A stretch of DNA of 64,000 nucleotides from Octopus sinensis (taxonomy: Eukaryota). The first letter of the stretch is position 1. Each line of letters opens with the position of its first letter. The stretch spans positions 169,508,001-169,572,000 of the forward strand of contig NC_042999.1 in assembly GCF_006345805.1 (NCBI RefSeq), in the 5' to 3' direction. Position numbers and translations under genes: made by a program. Below are positions 63,015 to 64,000 of the stretch, piece by piece. The notes under the pieces were generated by a model. It did not search any database. It was not told the origin of the DNA and saw nothing but the letters and a program-made list of their open reading frames with translations.

Positions 63015-64000
63015 TTCTGGATTCTCTCTCTTTTAGCTGCAAATAGGAGAAAAATAGGCTGACAAGCATTTGATCAAACAAAAAGTGCCTCCATAACAAC
63101 TGGCTTAACCATGCAATAAACAGAAAGAAGACCTCCACAGTAATCAAGCCTGTTTGAATCTAACACATTCTAGAACAATCTCACATTTATAAATAGTTTC
63201 AATAAACCTTTGAGCATATAATTAGGTAAAAGACATATCAGTTTGCATTAAATATGATGGTTTATTTGATTTGAGAGTAATATATGTAAGACAGGTGAAA
63301 AAAGATGAAATGAGGAGAATCACCCATGCTATTTAGCGGAGGATATGGAATATGCTAATTATACTTTGGAAACCAGCAGACAAATATCTCATTTGTTATA
63401 CAACTCAATAATCACATCTTGTCAGTACTTTTTTGTACAAATGAATACTAGTTTCTATAAAGCTCAAAACGTGGTGTTATGAGATCTTCTGCTGCAGGCA
63501 GTCATGGAAAAGTAGTTTCAATGAGTCTGGGTAAACATGAACGTTTGTGTAACTACAATGTTACACATGCAAATGTCCCTGGAATATCTCTTTGAAAACA
63601 CAAACGGACCGAATAACAGTGAAAATACTAATTTTACAATAACCAATAATGTGCTTTACATAAAGCTTCAGCATGTGGTCTAGATCAGTTACTGTGGGAC
63701 ACAGGCCCTAATATTTTCTACCAATGGTGACTGCAGATCGCTGTGTCATATCCCCAAATCAGGCCTGTTTGCTTAGCTAGGATGCAATATAAACGTGAGG
63801 ATGTCTTTAGAATTGTAATTTTAAAATGATCTATTATTGAATAAAAATTGCTCTCAGTGTTAAACAGTATAATCCTTTAATATAATTAGTAACATTAATT
63901 AATATAATTAGTAACATATCCCCATCCTTCTGCTTGTCTATCTCCTCCCCATTGCTAAATTACTTTCACTCTATCTGAAATACTGCTAAGTCATTCAGTT

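Overview
AT-rich, repeat-dense animal genomic DNA. The repeat families and (TA)n load suggest an octopus or other coleoid cephalopod; this is inferred, not proven. I could reconstruct one complete protein-coding gene by hand: a minus-strand SLC22-family (organic cation/anion/zwitterion) MFS transporter. It has 9 coding exons from 63014 down to 32252, all introns are GT-AG with consistent phases, and the 1548-nt CDS encodes 515 aa. The rest is transposon debris: many RTE LINE fragments, a young CR1 fragment nested in an RTE, a cluster of five mariner elements, hAT and pogo MITEs, Helitron pieces, tRNA-derived SINEs, and micro/minisatellites. The most striking unexplained signal is a set of small type I hammerhead ribozyme motifs of the Penelope-like-element (PLE) kind. 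One is fully canonical and lies behind a PLE endonuclease C-terminus that the ORF track misses. A pair with the compensatory G3:C8 core sits in a 141-bp-arm palindrome, so both strands encode the ribozyme. There is also a minimal CUGACGA motif beside a 25-bp perfect hairpin, and three decayed motifs, two of them with a U3:A8 core. Most long ORFs in the supplied track are microsatellite artefacts.
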